From Bacteroidota bacterium (lineage in GTDB: Bacteria > Bacteroidota > Bacteroidia > 2-12-FULL-35-15): 64,000 nt of DNA. This document shows, piece by piece, positions 28,337 to 39,066 of the stretch. A program made the translations under genes and the position numbers. How positions within the stretch are numbered: position 1 is the stretch's first letter; each line of letters begins with the position of its first letter. Under the pieces are notes generated by a model. The model had not been told where the DNA came from and ran no database searches. It worked only from the letters and a program-made list of their open reading frames with translations. The DNA lies in assembly GCA_025963715.1 (NCBI GenBank), contig JAOQAG010000026.1, positions 80,327 through 144,326 on the forward strand, read 5' to 3'.

Positions 28337-30091
28337 ATGAAAAAAGCAATTTACTCTTTATTGGTTGCTGGTCTTTTAGCATCATGCGGTGGCAACAACA
28401 ACTCAACCGGAGAAGCCCGCAAAGCAAAAGGTGGCGTATTTTACGGCGGTGTTTTCAGAACAAATGAAGTAGAGGATTTCCGTAACTTGTTTCCATTAAA
28501 TATTTTAGAGGTAACCTCCCACCGCATTGCCAACCAGGTGTACGAAGGGCTTGTAAAGCTTAAACAGGATGACCTGAGCGTTATTCCCGGACTTGCTGAA
28601 AAATGGGACAGAAATGCAGATGCCAGCCAATGGACATTCTCCATCCGTAAAGGTGTAAAATTCCATGATGACGCTTGTTTCCCTGATGGAAAAGGCCGCG
28701 AAGTTACTGCTAAAGATTTCAAATATTGCTTCGATCAGCTCTGTACCTCTTTCCCTGAAAATCAACATTTTATTGATACATTCAAAGACCGCGTAATGGG
28801 CGCCAATGATTACTACCAGGCTTCCATCGATAAAAAAGCGCTTCCTGCCGGTGGCGTATCAGGTGTAAAATTAATCGACGACTATACCATTCAAATCACC
28901 CTGGTACACCCTTTTGCCGGGTTCTTAAACATTTTAAGCACTCCGGGCTGCTGGGTTTATCCAAAAGAAGCATTCGACAAATATGGTGTTGAAATGCGTG
29001 CAAAATGCGTTGGTACTGGTCCTTTCCAGGTAAAAAGCATTAAAGAAGGCGATGCTGTGATCCTGGAGCGTAATCCTAACTACTGGAACGTGGATCAGTT
29101 CGGAAACCAGTTGCCTTACCTGGATGCCGTTAAATACACGTTCATCAAAGAGAAAAAATCCGAATTATTGGAATTCAAACGCGGTAACCTCGACATGATC
29201 TTCCGCTTACCGATCGAAATGATCCCGGACATCCTGGGAGAACTTGACCATGCAAAAGAAGGCAACCAGGCATTCGAAATGCAGGTTGTTCCTGCCATGA
29301 GCATCTTCTACTATGGTTTCCAGTGCCAAAGCGACATCTTCAGCAAAAAAGAAGTACGCCTGGCATTTAACTACGCCATCGATCGCGAAAAAATTGTGAA
29401 CTACACTCTGCAGGGCGAAGGAATCCCGGGAACATTCGGTATCATTCCTCCATCTTTCAAAAAATACGATAACAAAGCACTGAAAGGCTATACATTTGAT
29501 GTGGACAAAGCCCGCAAATACATGGCTGCTGCAGGTTACCCTGATGGAAAAGGTTTCCCGAGATTAACACTGGAGATCAACAGCGGCGGTGGCGACAGAA
29601 ACATCCAAACAGCCGAAGTAGTTCAGAAAATGCTGAAAGAAAACTTAAACATTGATGTAGAGATCAACGTAATGCCTTTCGCAGAAAACATCGAAAGCGT
29701 TGCAACCGGTAAAGCACAATTGTGGAGAGCAGGCTGGAGTGCCGATTACCCGGATCCTGAAACATTCTTAACATTATTGTACAGCAAGCACATCCCGGAT
29801 AAAGCAGCTGATAAATCATACCTGAACACGTCCCGTTACAAAAGCGCACGTTTCGATTCATTATTCAATGCAGCATTGCAGGAAGTGGACGAAGCAAAAC
29901 GCATGGATCTTTACCGTCAGGCAGATCAGCAACAAATCGACGATGGCGCTATCATGCCGATCTTCTATGATGAGAACTACCGTTTAGTACAAAAAAATGT
30001 GAAAAATTTCCCTGCAAATGCAATGGAATACCGCGATTTCACAAGCGTATACATTGAGCCTCAGGCAGAAAAAACAGAAGCAAAAAAATAA
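28337..30091 (+). CDS. ABC transporter substrate-binding lipoprotein, family 5 (peptide/nickel, OppA/DppA-like)
   Basis: Lipoprotein signal MKKAIYSLLVAGLLASCGG. ~580 aa SBP_bac_5-like. -7 TATATTTG at 28295-28302 upstream favours the 28337 ATG over the listed 28310. Confidence 0.75.
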   Translation: MKKAIYSLLVAGLLASCGGNNNSTGEARKAKGGVFYGGVFRTNEVEDFRNLFPLNILEVTSHRIANQVYEGLVKLKQDDLSVIPGLAEKWDRNADASQWTFSIRKGVKFHDDACFPDGKGREVTAKDFKYCFDQLCTSFPENQHFIDTFKDRVMGANDYYQASIDKKALPAGGVSGVKLIDDYTIQITLVHPFAGFLNILSTPGCWVYPKEAFDKYGVEMRAKCVGTGPFQVKSIKEGDAVILERNPNYWNVDQFGNQLPYLDAVKYTFIKEKKSELLEFKRGNLDMIFRLPIEMIPDILGELDHAKEGNQAFEMQVVPAMSIFYYGFQCQSDIFSKKEVRLAFNYAIDREKIVNYTLQGEGIPGTFGIIPPSFKKYDNKALKGYTFDVDKARKYMAAAGYPDGKGFPRLTLEINSGGGDRNIQTAEVVQKMLKENLNIDVEINVMPFAENIESVATGKAQLWRAGWSADYPDPETFLTLLYSKHIPDKAADKSYLNTSRYKSARFDSLFNAALQEVDEAKRMDLYRQADQQQIDDGAIMPIFYDENYRLVQKNVKNFPANAMEYRDFTSVYIEPQAEKTEAKK

Positions 30092-30111
30092 TTCAATCAT
30101 ACCCTTTTTCA

Positions 30112-30144
30112 AAAGCCTGCCCGGATCTCCGAAGCGGGCTTTTT
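30112..30144 (+). terminator. Possible, imperfect Rho-independent terminator after the SBP gene
   Basis: aaagcc..cgg-atct-ccg..ggcttttt. Confidence 0.35.
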
Positions 30145-30196
30145 AACGCAGAGAACACTGAGTTAAAAGAGTTTCACAGAGAATGCAACACTCCGC

Positions 30197-30320
30197 GTTC
30201 TCTGCGCCTCTGCGAGAAATAAATACACAGCACCGCGAAAAACAGCATAGTCCTTCGCGAACTTTGCGTCTTCTCCCCGCCCTTTGCGGTTAAAAACACA
30301 CAGCATCACACAGCAAACCA
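30197..30320. repeat. Family F repeat cluster (ctctgcgcctctgcg...ccttcgcgaactttgcgtcttctccccgccctttgcggttaaaaacacacagc)
   Basis: Shares the ctttgcggttaaa(a)acaca core and gcgaac..tgcg. upstream part with 5349-5400 and 27320-27365. Confidence 0.6.
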
Positions 30321-30438
30321 ATGAACCATTGAGCAAGTAAACCAATGAACAAACGTTTGTGCAAAAACTTTACAAATCCTCCGCACACAAGGGTTGGAAT
30401 TCAATAATTTTGTTCCTATAAATTCAAAACGTTTTTAA

Positions 30439-31443
30439 ATGAAAAAAATCAGTTATGTATTAGGATTAACAATAGCAATGTCTTTGTTTTCCTGCGTTCC
30501 ACAACGAAAACTGGAAGAAGAACAGGCAAAACGTAAAAGCTGCGAAAGCGAACTGGCCGACTTAAAAACAAAAAGCCAGGATTGCGATACACAGCTCACC
30601 GAAGCAAAAAAACAAATGGCGGATGATCAAAAGTCGATCAACGGATTACAAAAAGATACCTCCATTACCGGAACCAGCTACAGAAGTCTTACTTCCAAAT
30701 ACGACAAGCTGAACCAGATCAACGAACAATTACTGGATAAATACAACCGCTTGCTCGAAGGCAATATCGCCGATACAAAAAAATTATCCGGCGAGCTGCA
30801 AATGACACAGGAACAGCTTTTGAAAAAACAGGACGAGCTAAAAGCTCTTTCGGATCAGCTGGATGCAAAAAAGAAAGACCTCGATGCATTGACCGAAGAA
30901 CTTAAAAAACGTGAAGCGCGCGTTGCTGAACTGGAAGCCGTTTTAAAACAAAAAGACGATGCCACCAACGATCTGAAGAAAAAATTATCCGACGCATTGC
31001 TTGGCTTTGAAGGCAAAGGATTGACCATCACCCAGAAGAACGGGAAAGTATACGTTTCCATGGATGAGAGTTTATTGTTTGCATCCGGCAGCACTACGGT
31101 AGAAGCAAAAGGTGTGGAAGCACTAAAAAAAGTAGCAAAAGTATTGGAACAAAACACCGATATCAATGTAATGATTGAAGGACATACCGATGATATACCC
31201 ATGGCTGGGAAAGGCGACATCAAGGACAATTGGGACCTGAGCGTGATGCGCGCTACTTCCATTGTAAAGATCATTACCAAAAACAGTTCGGTAGATCCGA
31301 AACGCTTAACTGCATCCGGCCGCGGAGAATACTTCCCGGTTGATCCTGCAAAAACTGCAGAAGCACGTAAGAAAAACCGCCGTACAGAGATCATCCTGAC
31401 ACCTAAACTGGACGAGCTTTTCAAAGTGCTCGAAACAAATTAG
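30439..31443 (+). CDS. OmpA-family lipoprotein with an N-terminal coiled-coil region
   Basis: Lipobox …MSLFSC. Long heptad-like charged region. C-terminal OmpA-like peptidoglycan-binding domain (…TDDIP…NWDLSVMRATS…NRRTEIIL). Confidence 0.75.
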   Translation: MKKISYVLGLTIAMSLFSCVPQRKLEEEQAKRKSCESELADLKTKSQDCDTQLTEAKKQMADDQKSINGLQKDTSITGTSYRSLTSKYDKLNQINEQLLDKYNRLLEGNIADTKKLSGELQMTQEQLLKKQDELKALSDQLDAKKKDLDALTEELKKREARVAELEAVLKQKDDATNDLKKKLSDALLGFEGKGLTITQKNGKVYVSMDESLLFASGSTTVEAKGVEALKKVAKVLEQNTDINVMIEGHTDDIPMAGKGDIKDNWDLSVMRATSIVKIITKNSSVDPKRLTASGRGEYFPVDPAKTAEARKKNRRTEIILTPKLDELFKVLETN

Positions 31444-31540
31444 GATTTTGGATTTTGTTATTAAGGATTAAGGATTGGTGCTGCCCCTGAAACGTTTAAA
31501 TGCTAAAAAATTATTATTTAGAATTTAAATCTTAAAGTGT

Positions 31541-31885
31541 GCAGGATCAATTCCCCTCTTGAGAGGGGCCAGGGGTGTGTTCTGCGAGAAGCATAACAAC
31601 TATTAAACTTAAATAAAAGCATCATCATAAAATTAACCGTCATCCCGCACGTGTTGCGGGATCGGTTATTTAAAAGCAGTTCAACATTTGTATTAATTTG
31701 TAGCCAGTAGATGTAACATTTTAAAAAAATTACGTTATCCTCTTAAAACAGCATCTGCGTGCAGCAAACTTTAAACTTTTGAACTTTAAACTTTGAACTA
31801 ATTTTTAGCAAATCCACAGATTCGTTCCTGTTCGTTATCCGTATAGTAAACTTTTGAACTTTAAACTTTGAACTTTGAACTTATT
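31541..31885. repeat. Dense composite repeat region: family B copy, a CCCGCACGTG..GCGGGA palindrome variant, two family C arrays and a family D module
   Basis: gcaggatcaattcccctcttgagaggggccaggggtgtgtt (31541-81). aaccgtcatcccgcacgtgttgcgggatcggtt (31636-68). gcagcaaactttaaacttttgaactttaaactttgaact (31763-800). atccacagattcgttcctgttcgttatccgtatagtaaacttttgaactttaaactttgaactttgaactt (31810-85). Confidence 0.7.
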
Positions 31886-31889
31886 TATA

Positions 31890-33620
31890 ATGAAAAAAAT
31901 CCTCTTTCTTTTATCCATTCTTCTCCTCACAAAAATGTCGGTGGCACAGCTCGTAACCGAATACTGGGACATTGCCCAAACAAAAAAGAAAAGTGAGCAG
32001 AACATGAAAAACGGGATGCAGGACGGAAAATACATCGCCTGGTACGAAAACGGAGAAGTTGCCAAAGAAGGAATATTCGACAACGGAAAAGAGAACGGTA
32101 AATTTATTTCCTATTATCCCGGCAAAAAACCAAAATCAGAGGAAAATTATGTGAAGGGGGAAAAAGATGGCGCATGGAAATACTGGTACATCAATGGAAA
32201 CAAAGCACAGGAAACATTTTTTAAAGCAGATAAAGCAGATAGCACCTGGACCGGCTGGTACGAGAACGGAAAAGTAAAAAGCGTTGAAAATTACAGCAAA
32301 GGCAAAAAAGAAGGCAAATGGACCTACTACTTCGAGAACGGACAAAAAGAAAGCGAAGGCACCTTTACCAATAACCTCGAAGAAGGTAATTATACCGGCT
32401 GGCATAAAAATGGTAACAAGCAGCGCTCCGGGTCCTACTTAGCCGATAAAAAAACCGGCAGTTGGTACGAATGGTTTTCCGATGGAAAAATGAAGGAAGA
32501 GTTACTTTACAAAGACGATGAAGTGCTCATTATGAACCTTTGGCTGGAAAGCGGGCAACAGATGATCACCAACGGCAACGGCACCTTCACCATCGTTTAT
32601 GATACCGGCAAAAAGAAAGGCGAAGGAACCTACAAAGATGGCCGAATGGACGGCGAATGGAATTTCGTCCTCCCTTCCGGAGAAAAAGATTACACTATAA
32701 TTTACGCCCACGGAAAAAAGAACGGCATGTGTACCAATTGGTTTCCTAACGGTAAAACAAAAAGCGAAGGTCCGTTTGTAAATGATAAAAAGAACGGCTA
32801 CTGGAAATGGTATAAAGATGATGGAAAGATCGCAATGGAGGGAACACTCGCCGATAACCTCCGCACCGGAAAATGGATGTACTGGTTTGCAAACGGAACA
32901 AAAGAATCCGAGGGATATTATAAAAACGATTTAATGGACAGCCTCTGGGTCTATTCCTACAACACCGGAATCAAGTGGAAAGAAGGCATGTACAGGGAAA
33001 ATTTCAAAGAAGGTACCTGGACCGTTTGGTATGAAAGCGGACAAAAATTACAGGAAGGCAGCTATACAAAAGGGAAAGAAGAAGGAACCTGGCAATCATG
33101 GTACGACGGCGGCATCCTCAAAGATGAAGGTACTTTCAAAGCCGGTATCATGAACGGAAAATGGACTGGCTGGTTTCCTACTACAAAACCCAACTACGAA
33201 GGATCATTCAAAGACGGATTGAAAGACGGTGCCTGGAAATATTATTTCGATAAAGGCATGGTAAAAGAAGAAGGTTTTTACAAAGAAGGCAGAAAGGACG
33301 GACACTGGATCTTCTGGACGCCCTATAAATTTAAGGATAGCGAAGGAGATTATAAAGAAGAGAAACCGGATGGCTTGTGGACCTATTATTATGAAACCGG
33401 TGTAAAATCAATGGAACAAACATTTAAAGATGGTAAATTGAGTGGCCCCTGCAGTTCCTGGTACGAAAATGCCCAGCTGAAAAGCACCACATCCTACACA
33501 CTCGTCAAAGAAAAAAGCGGGCGCATGGAAAGTAAGCCCAACGGAAAGTGGAGCTATTTTGACAAAAATGGCAAATTAATGATGGAAACAACCTATAAAA
33601 AGGGTGTAAAAGTCGAATAA
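31890..33620 (+). CDS. Secreted MORN-repeat protein (YwqK-like repeats), 20+ repeats
   Basis: Signal peptide MKKILFLLSILLLTKMSVAQ. Repeated G.W..WYENG..K.EG.Y..GK..G.W..Y..NG motif throughout. The listed start at 31875 is a TTG inside the repeat array; the ATG is at 31890. Confidence 0.7.
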   Translation: MKKILFLLSILLLTKMSVAQLVTEYWDIAQTKKKSEQNMKNGMQDGKYIAWYENGEVAKEGIFDNGKENGKFISYYPGKKPKSEENYVKGEKDGAWKYWYINGNKAQETFFKADKADSTWTGWYENGKVKSVENYSKGKKEGKWTYYFENGQKESEGTFTNNLEEGNYTGWHKNGNKQRSGSYLADKKTGSWYEWFSDGKMKEELLYKDDEVLIMNLWLESGQQMITNGNGTFTIVYDTGKKKGEGTYKDGRMDGEWNFVLPSGEKDYTIIYAHGKKNGMCTNWFPNGKTKSEGPFVNDKKNGYWKWYKDDGKIAMEGTLADNLRTGKWMYWFANGTKESEGYYKNDLMDSLWVYSYNTGIKWKEGMYRENFKEGTWTVWYESGQKLQEGSYTKGKEEGTWQSWYDGGILKDEGTFKAGIMNGKWTGWFPTTKPNYEGSFKDGLKDGAWKYYFDKGMVKEEGFYKEGRKDGHWIFWTPYKFKDSEGDYKEEKPDGLWTYYYETGVKSMEQTFKDGKLSGPCSSWYENAQLKSTTSYTLVKEKSGRMESKPNGKWSYFDKNGKLMMETTYKKGVKVE

Positions 33621-33638
33621 ACGGAAATAAAGGAGAAT

Positions 33639-34037
33639 TTATCTTCTCGCTTTTATACCGTGTCCGTGAGCAGCATGTCCGGCATGGCCGTGATTATGGT
33701 GTTTCTTCAACTCCTGCTGCTTCAGAATATAACGTTGCTTCTCTTCGAGTTCGCGCTTATTGCGCTTACGAGCCATCACAGTAGTACTCCAGGCAATAGC
33801 AATTACAACGGCAAACCCAAATGCCATGTACACGTAGCTCATGATCTCGTCATGCCTGTCTTGCTCCAGCTGTTTCGCATTCGCAGACATATTATTTTTA
33901 AAATTGTCGATAGAGGGACCATCGCTTTGTGCAAACAGCTGGTTTCCAAACGATAGTACGAAAAGGAGAGATAACGAACAAACGTATGAGATCTTTGTTA
34001 AACCATTGTTTACGGAGTTTTTAAGTGAGTTTTCCAT
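33639..34037 (-). CDS. Small hypothetical membrane protein with a His-rich C-terminal tail (HHNHGHAGHAAHGHG)
   Basis: 132-aa ORF. One or two hydrophobic segments (SYVYMAFGFAVVIAIAWSTTV). Possible -7 TACATTTG on the minus strand at 34118-34125. True start uncertain. Confidence 0.4.
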   Translation of the reverse strand: MENSLKNSVNNGLTKISYVCSLSLLFVLSFGNQLFAQSDGPSIDNFKNNMSANAKQLEQDRHDEIMSYVYMAFGFAVVIAIAWSTTVMARKRNKRELEEKQRYILKQQELKKHHNHGHAGHAAHGHGIKARR

Positions 34038-34202
34038 AACATGTATTTTTTAGATAAAACATTCGGGGACGGGTATTATTGCTAACATTTATTAGATTAA
34101 GCCAAATTTTGTTCCGACAAATGTAATGCATTTACCTATTAAGACGAAAACTTATGCTGAATAGTTGCCAGAATTATTTTTTTTTATTAACAAAGTTTTA
34201 CG

Positions 34203-34269
34203 TATATTTGCATCCGAAATTATTTAGAAGCGAATTTTAAGAGGGGACCACAGTCCCCTCTTTCTTTTG
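34203..34269 (+). promoter_or_regulatory. rimP-nusA-infB operon promoter (-7 TATATTTG at 34203-34210) followed by a leader hairpin and U-run (34239-34269); possible attenuator
   Basis: AAGAGGGGA-ccacag-TCCCCTCTT followed by TCTTTTG lies between the predicted transcription start site (TSS) and the rimP ATG (34281). Confidence 0.4.
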
Positions 34270-34280
34270 TCACCATTGAA

Positions 34281-34745
34281 ATGATCAAAGCAGATACCAT
34301 ACAAAAACTGGCAGAAACAAAGCTTGCCGAAGGTACCAACTTCATTGTTGATATCGTAGTGAAGCCCGGTAATAAAATTACCATTTTGCTGGATAACGAC
34401 AATGGCGTTTCCATTAATGATTGTATTGCCATGAGCCGCCATGTGGAAGCGGGACTGGACAGGGAAGTAGAAGATTTTGAATTGAATGTGATGTCGCCCG
34501 GATTATCCGAGCCATTCAAGATCCTGCGCCAGTATCAAAAAAATATCGGCAAGCAGGTAGATGTAGTTACCACCGAAAGCGGAAAGCTCAGTGGAAAATT
34601 ACTTTCGGCTACTCAAAAAGGTATTGAGCTGGAAATCAAATCGAAAGAAAAAACGGATCCTAAAAAAGGAAAACAAGTAGTAATAAATAATATCAGTTTA
34701 ACATTTAATCAAATAAAAAAAACGACAGTTGTAATATCATTTTAA
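34281..34745 (+). CDS. rimP: Ribosome maturation factor RimP
   Basis: 154 aa, immediately upstream of nusA. The N-terminal half is typical of RimP. Confidence 0.85.
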   Translation: MIKADTIQKLAETKLAEGTNFIVDIVVKPGNKITILLDNDNGVSINDCIAMSRHVEAGLDREVEDFELNVMSPGLSEPFKILRQYQKNIGKQVDVVTTESGKLSGKLLSATQKGIELEIKSKEKTDPKKGKQVVINNISLTFNQIKKTTVVISF

Positions 34746-34757
34746 CACTTAAACAAA

Positions 34758-36008
34758 ATGGAAAGTATCAATTTAATTGAATCCTTCTCGGAATTCAAAG
34801 AGATTAAAAACATCGACAGAGCTACATTAATGAGCATTATTGAAGATGTATTTCGCAGTATGCTATTAAAAAAATATGGTTCGGACGATAACTTCGATAT
34901 CATTGTAAACCCTGACCGGGGAGATATAGAGATCTGGCATAACCGCGAGGTAGTAGATGATGAGTTTGCTGAAGACAGCTTTGATTTTGAAGAAGCAAAA
35001 CACATCGGTTTAACTGCTGCTCAAAAAATTGATGCGGACCTGGAGATCGGCGAAGAGATTACTACTCCTGTTAAGTTGGATGATTTTGGAAGACGTGCAG
35101 TACTTGCTGTTCGCCAGAATTTGGTTTCCAAGATTTTAGAACTGGAGAAAGACAGTATCTACAAAAAATACAAAGAGCGTGTGGGTGAGATCATGACCGG
35201 TGAAGTGTACCAGATCTGGAAAAAAGAATTACTGATCCTGGATGAGGATGGCAACGAATTATTATTGCCGAAATCAGAGCAGATCCCTTCCGATTTTTTC
35301 AAAAAAGGAGATACCATCCGTGCCGTTGTGCAACGTGTGGATATGAAAAACAATTCACCGATCATCGTATTATCGCGTACCTCTTCTGCATTTCTCGAGC
35401 GTTTGTTCGAGCTGGAAGTGCCGGAAGTATTCGACGGTTTGATCACCATCAAAAAAATTGTGCGTGAACCGGGCGAAAGAGCAAAAGTTGCTGTTGAGTC
35501 TTATGACGATCGTATCGATCCTGTTGGAGCCTGCGTTGGAATGAAAGGTTCCCGGATCCACGGAATTGTACGTGAGTTGCGTAACGAGAATATTGACGTG
35601 ATCAACTACACCAGCAATGCGCAATTGTTCATTACCCGTGCATTAAGCCCGGCTAAGATCACTTCGGTGAAAATCGATGATGAGAACAAACGTGCAGAAG
35701 TCTTTTTAAAACCAGACCAGGTGTCGTTGGCAATTGGCAAAGGCGGACACAACATTAAACTGGCCGGAAAATTAACCGGTTATGAAATTGATGTATACCG
35801 CGATACCGATGTAGATGTGGAAGATGTGGATCTGGAAGAATTTGCAGATGAGATCGAAAGCTGGATTTTGGATGAATTAAAATCCGTTGGCTGCGATACT
35901 GCAAAATCTGTATTGGAGCTTTCTATTGATGAGCTTGTAAAACGTACCGACCTGGAAGAAGAAACTGTGAAAGAAGTTCGCAGCATTTTACAGGCGGAAT
36001 TTGAGTAA
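34758..36008 (+). CDS. nusA: Transcription termination/antitermination factor NusA (short form without AR repeats)
   Basis: 416 aa. N-terminal domain, S1 and two KH domains (…GEVYQIWKKELLILDEDGNELLLPKSEQIP…, …CVGMKGSRIHGIVREL…). Conserved rimP-nusA-infB synteny. Confidence 0.9.
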   Translation: MESINLIESFSEFKEIKNIDRATLMSIIEDVFRSMLLKKYGSDDNFDIIVNPDRGDIEIWHNREVVDDEFAEDSFDFEEAKHIGLTAAQKIDADLEIGEEITTPVKLDDFGRRAVLAVRQNLVSKILELEKDSIYKKYKERVGEIMTGEVYQIWKKELLILDEDGNELLLPKSEQIPSDFFKKGDTIRAVVQRVDMKNNSPIIVLSRTSSAFLERLFELEVPEVFDGLITIKKIVREPGERAKVAVESYDDRIDPVGACVGMKGSRIHGIVRELRNENIDVINYTSNAQLFITRALSPAKITSVKIDDENKRAEVFLKPDQVSLAIGKGGHNIKLAGKLTGYEIDVYRDTDVDVEDVDLEEFADEIESWILDELKSVGCDTAKSVLELSIDELVKRTDLEEETVKEVRSILQAEFE

Positions 36009-36114
36009 ATTGTGCTTGCCGTTAACATGTATCCGTGCAGGTATTAATTTTGAGTGGATACATGTTAACAATTAGCCTGTCTGTGTTAGACAGGTAACGA
36101 TCTTAAAAAATAAT

Positions 36115-38997
36115 ATGTCAGAAAACAAAGTACAGAAGTTAAGTAAAGTTGCTAAAGAATTCAACGTTAGTATTGGGACTATCGTGGATTTCCTGAAAGG
36201 CAAAGACATTGCTATTGAGAACAGCCCGATGGCCAAAGTGCCGGATGAGGTTTATAGTGTTCTGCTGAAAGAGTACCAGTCGGAAAAAGCCGCGAAAGAA
36301 GAAGCGGAAAAGGTTTCCAACAGTACCAAAGCTAAGAAAGAAAGCATTTCCCTGGATCTTGATGCCAAAAAACCGGAAACGAAAAAAGAGGAAGAAGAGA
36401 TCATCATTAAAAATGTTCAACCTGTTGAAGTTGCTGCACCCAAAGAAAAAGCAGTAGTGAAAGAGGTGAAAAAAGAGGAAGAGCCCAAAAAAGAAGAAGT
36501 TGCCGATGAGGTCATTAAAGCCAAAACGGAGTCGGATGTAAAAGTAAAAGTGGTTTCAAAGATCGATCTTGATGCATTGAACACCAAAACCAAACCCGAC
36601 AAAAAAACCAAAGCTGAAAAGGACGAAGAGAAAAAAACAACCGCAAAAGGAAAAACAAAAGCTTCGAAAGAAAAAGAAGAAGTAATTGAAACGCCGGTTG
36701 TTGTTGAACCACCGGTTGTGGAAAAAACGCCGGTTGTGGAACAACCAACTACGCCGGAACCGCCAAAAGTAGATTTCTACGAAACAAAAGTAGAAAAGCT
36801 GGAAGGTCCTAAAATTATGGGTAGAATTGAATTACCTGTAAAAGAAGAACGTAAAAAACCGGTTGCCTCCTCCTCTGCTGCTAACAGCAACGATAAGAAA
36901 AAACGCAAACGTATTAAGAAAAGCTTTGGCGGCACCACCATTGGTGATGCATTACAGCCAAAAACCGGCGCTGGTACAGGTGTACCGCTGAGCCAGGAAA
37001 GCAAAGAAAAAAAATACGGCGACCGTCCGTTAGGAACAGGCGCTTACAATAAAAACAGGAGCACAAGCGGCAACGCACGCGGACCTAAAGTAGAGCTTAC
37101 GCCGGAGCAAATCCAGGCGCAGATCAAAGAAACGCTTGCACGCTTGAGCGGAGCAGGAAAATCAAAAGCATCCAAACACCGTAAGTCGAAACGCGACATG
37201 GTGAGCGACAGGATCCAGGAAGCAGCGGATCAGACAGAAGCAGACAAAAAGATCATTAAAGTAACCGAGTTCGTTTCTGCGAACCAGTTAGCACAAATGA
37301 TGAACGTACAGGTGAACGAGATCATTTCGACCTGTATGAGCTTAGGTATGTTTGTTTCCATCAATCAGCGACTGGATGCCGAAACCATTGCCATTGTTGC
37401 AGAAGAGTTTGGTTACCAGCTGGAATTTGTGAGCGTTGAAGTACAGGAAGCCATCAAGGAAGAAGAAGATACCGAAGATCAGTTGGTATCCCGTTCACCG
37501 ATCGTAACCGTAATGGGTCACGTCGATCACGGTAAAACATCCTTGCTGGATTACATCCGTAAAGCCAATGTAATTGCAGGTGAAGCCGGTGGTATCACGC
37601 AGCACATCGGTGCATACAATGTAACACTCGAAAACGAAAAAACCATTACCTTCCTCGATACACCGGGCCACGAAGCGTTTACCGCGATGCGTGCACGTGG
37701 TGCGCAGGTAACGGATATCGCTATCATTGTGGTAGCGGCCGACGACAGCGTAATGCCTCAAACCATTGAAGCGATCAATCACGCACAGGCTGCGGGAGTT
37801 CCGATCGTTATTGCGATAAATAAAATTGACAAACCCGGTGCAAACCCGGATAAGATCCGCGAAGCATTATCACAAATGAACATCCTTGTGGAAGAGTGGG
37901 GCGGAAAATATCAGTGCCAGGAGATCTCTGCAAAACAAGGGCTCAACATCGATGCTTTATTGGATAAAGTATTGCTGGAAGCAGAAATGCTGAACCTCAA
38001 AGCAAATCCTGATAAAAATGCAACCGGAACTGTTATTGAATCCGAGCTGGATAAAGGACGCGGTTATGTAAGTACTATTCTTGTGGAAGCTGGAACACTG
38101 CACGTTGGAGATACGGTGTTAGCAGGTTGTTTCAGCGGTAAAGTAAAAGCGCTGAACAATGAGCGCGGACAGGTTGTAAAAGATGCAGGCCCTGCAATGC
38201 CGGTGATCTTGCTTGGTTTAAGCGGTGCGCCACAGGCAGGTGATAAATTCCATGTGATGAGTGATGAGCGTGAAGCCCGCGAAATTGCTGCAAAACGTTT
38301 GCAGTTACAACGCGAGCAAGGTATCCGTACTCAAAAACACATTACACTGGATGAGATCGGAAGACGTTTGGCGATTGGTGATTTCAAAGAATTGAACGTG
38401 ATCGTAAAAGGTGACGTGGATGGATCAGTGGAAGCATTAGCCGATTCATTACAAAAATTATCTACTGAAAAAGTACAGGTAAAGATCATTCACAAATCCG
38501 TGGGTGCCATCAGCGAATCCGACGTATTGTTAGCTTCGGCTTCCAATGCGATTATTATCGGTTTCCAGGTTCGTCCTTCCGGAAGTGCGCGTAAATTAGC
38601 AGAAGTAGAACAGATCGATATCCGCTTATATTCTATTATCTACAAAGCGATCGACGAGATCAAAGCTGCAATGGAAGGTATGTTAGCGCCTGAATTTGAA
38701 GAGAAAATTGTTTGCAACATCGAAGTGCGTGATGTGTTCAATATCACCAAAGTGGGAACAATTGCAGGCTGTTTTGTACTCGACGGAAAAGTTACCCGCA
38801 ACACCAAAGTACGCGTAGTACGCGATGGTATTGTAGTGCACGATGGCTCACTGGGTTCATTGAAACGTTTCAAAGATGATGTGAAAGAAGTGAACAGAGG
38901 ATTTGAGTGCGGATTGAACATCGACGGTTTCAACGACATCAAAGTAAACGATATCATTGAAGGTTACGAAATGGTGGAGATCAAAGCGAAATTGTAA
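36115..38997 (+). CDS. infB: Translation initiation factor IF-2
   Basis: 960 aa. Lys/Glu-rich N-terminal region. G-domain motifs [25 protein letters not shown]-terminal beta-barrel domains. Confidence 0.95.
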   Translation: MSENKVQKLSKVAKEFNVSIGTIVDFLKGKDIAIENSPMAKVPDEVYSVLLKEYQSEKAAKEEAEKVSNSTKAKKESISLDLDAKKPETKKEEEEIIIKNVQPVEVAAPKEKAVVKEVKKEEEPKKEEVADEVIKAKTESDVKVKVVSKIDLDALNTKTKPDKKTKAEKDEEKKTTAKGKTKASKEKEEVIETPVVVEPPVVEKTPVVEQPTTPEPPKVDFYETKVEKLEGPKIMGRIELPVKEERKKPVASSSAANSNDKKKRKRIKKSFGGTTIGDALQPKTGAGTGVPLSQESKEKKYGDRPLGTGAYNKNRSTSGNARGPKVELTPEQIQAQIKETLARLSGAGKSKASKHRKSKRDMVSDRIQEAADQTEADKKIIKVTEFVSANQLAQMMNVQVNEIISTCMSLGMFVSINQRLDAETIAIVAEEFGYQLEFVSVEVQEAIKEEEDTEDQLVSRSPIVTVMGHVDHGKTSLLDYIRKANVIAGEAGGITQHIGAYNVTLENEKTITFLDTPGHEAFTAMRARGAQVTDIAIIVVAADDSVMPQTIEAINHAQAAGVPIVIAINKIDKPGANPDKIREALSQMNILVEEWGGKYQCQEISAKQGLNIDALLDKVLLEAEMLNLKANPDKNATGTVIESELDKGRGYVSTILVEAGTLHVGDTVLAGCFSGKVKALNNERGQVVKDAGPAMPVILLGLSGAPQAGDKFHVMSDEREAREIAAKRLQLQREQGIRTQKHITLDEIGRRLAIGDFKELNVIVKGDVDGSVEALADSLQKLSTEKVQVKIIHKSVGAISESDVLLASASNAIIIGFQVRPSGSARKLAEVEQIDIRLYSIIYKAIDEIKAAMEGMLAPEFEEKIVCNIEVRDVFNITKVGTIAGCFVLDGKVTRNTKVRVVRDGIVVHDGSLGSLKRFKDDVKEVNRGFECGLNIDGFNDIKVNDIIEGYEMVEIKAKL

Positions 38998-39024
38998 TTT
39001 TTTGTTTTGAAAAATAAATTAAAA

Positions 39025-39056
39025 ATGCCTTGCAGATTGCAGGGCATTTTTTGTTT
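39025..39056. terminator. Rho-independent terminator after infB; with an A-run upstream it also fits the convergent minus-strand lipoprotein gene
   Basis: ATGCCTTGCA-gat-TGCAGGGCAT followed by TTTTTTGTTTT. Confidence 0.7.
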
Positions 39057-39066
39057 TAAATTCTCA

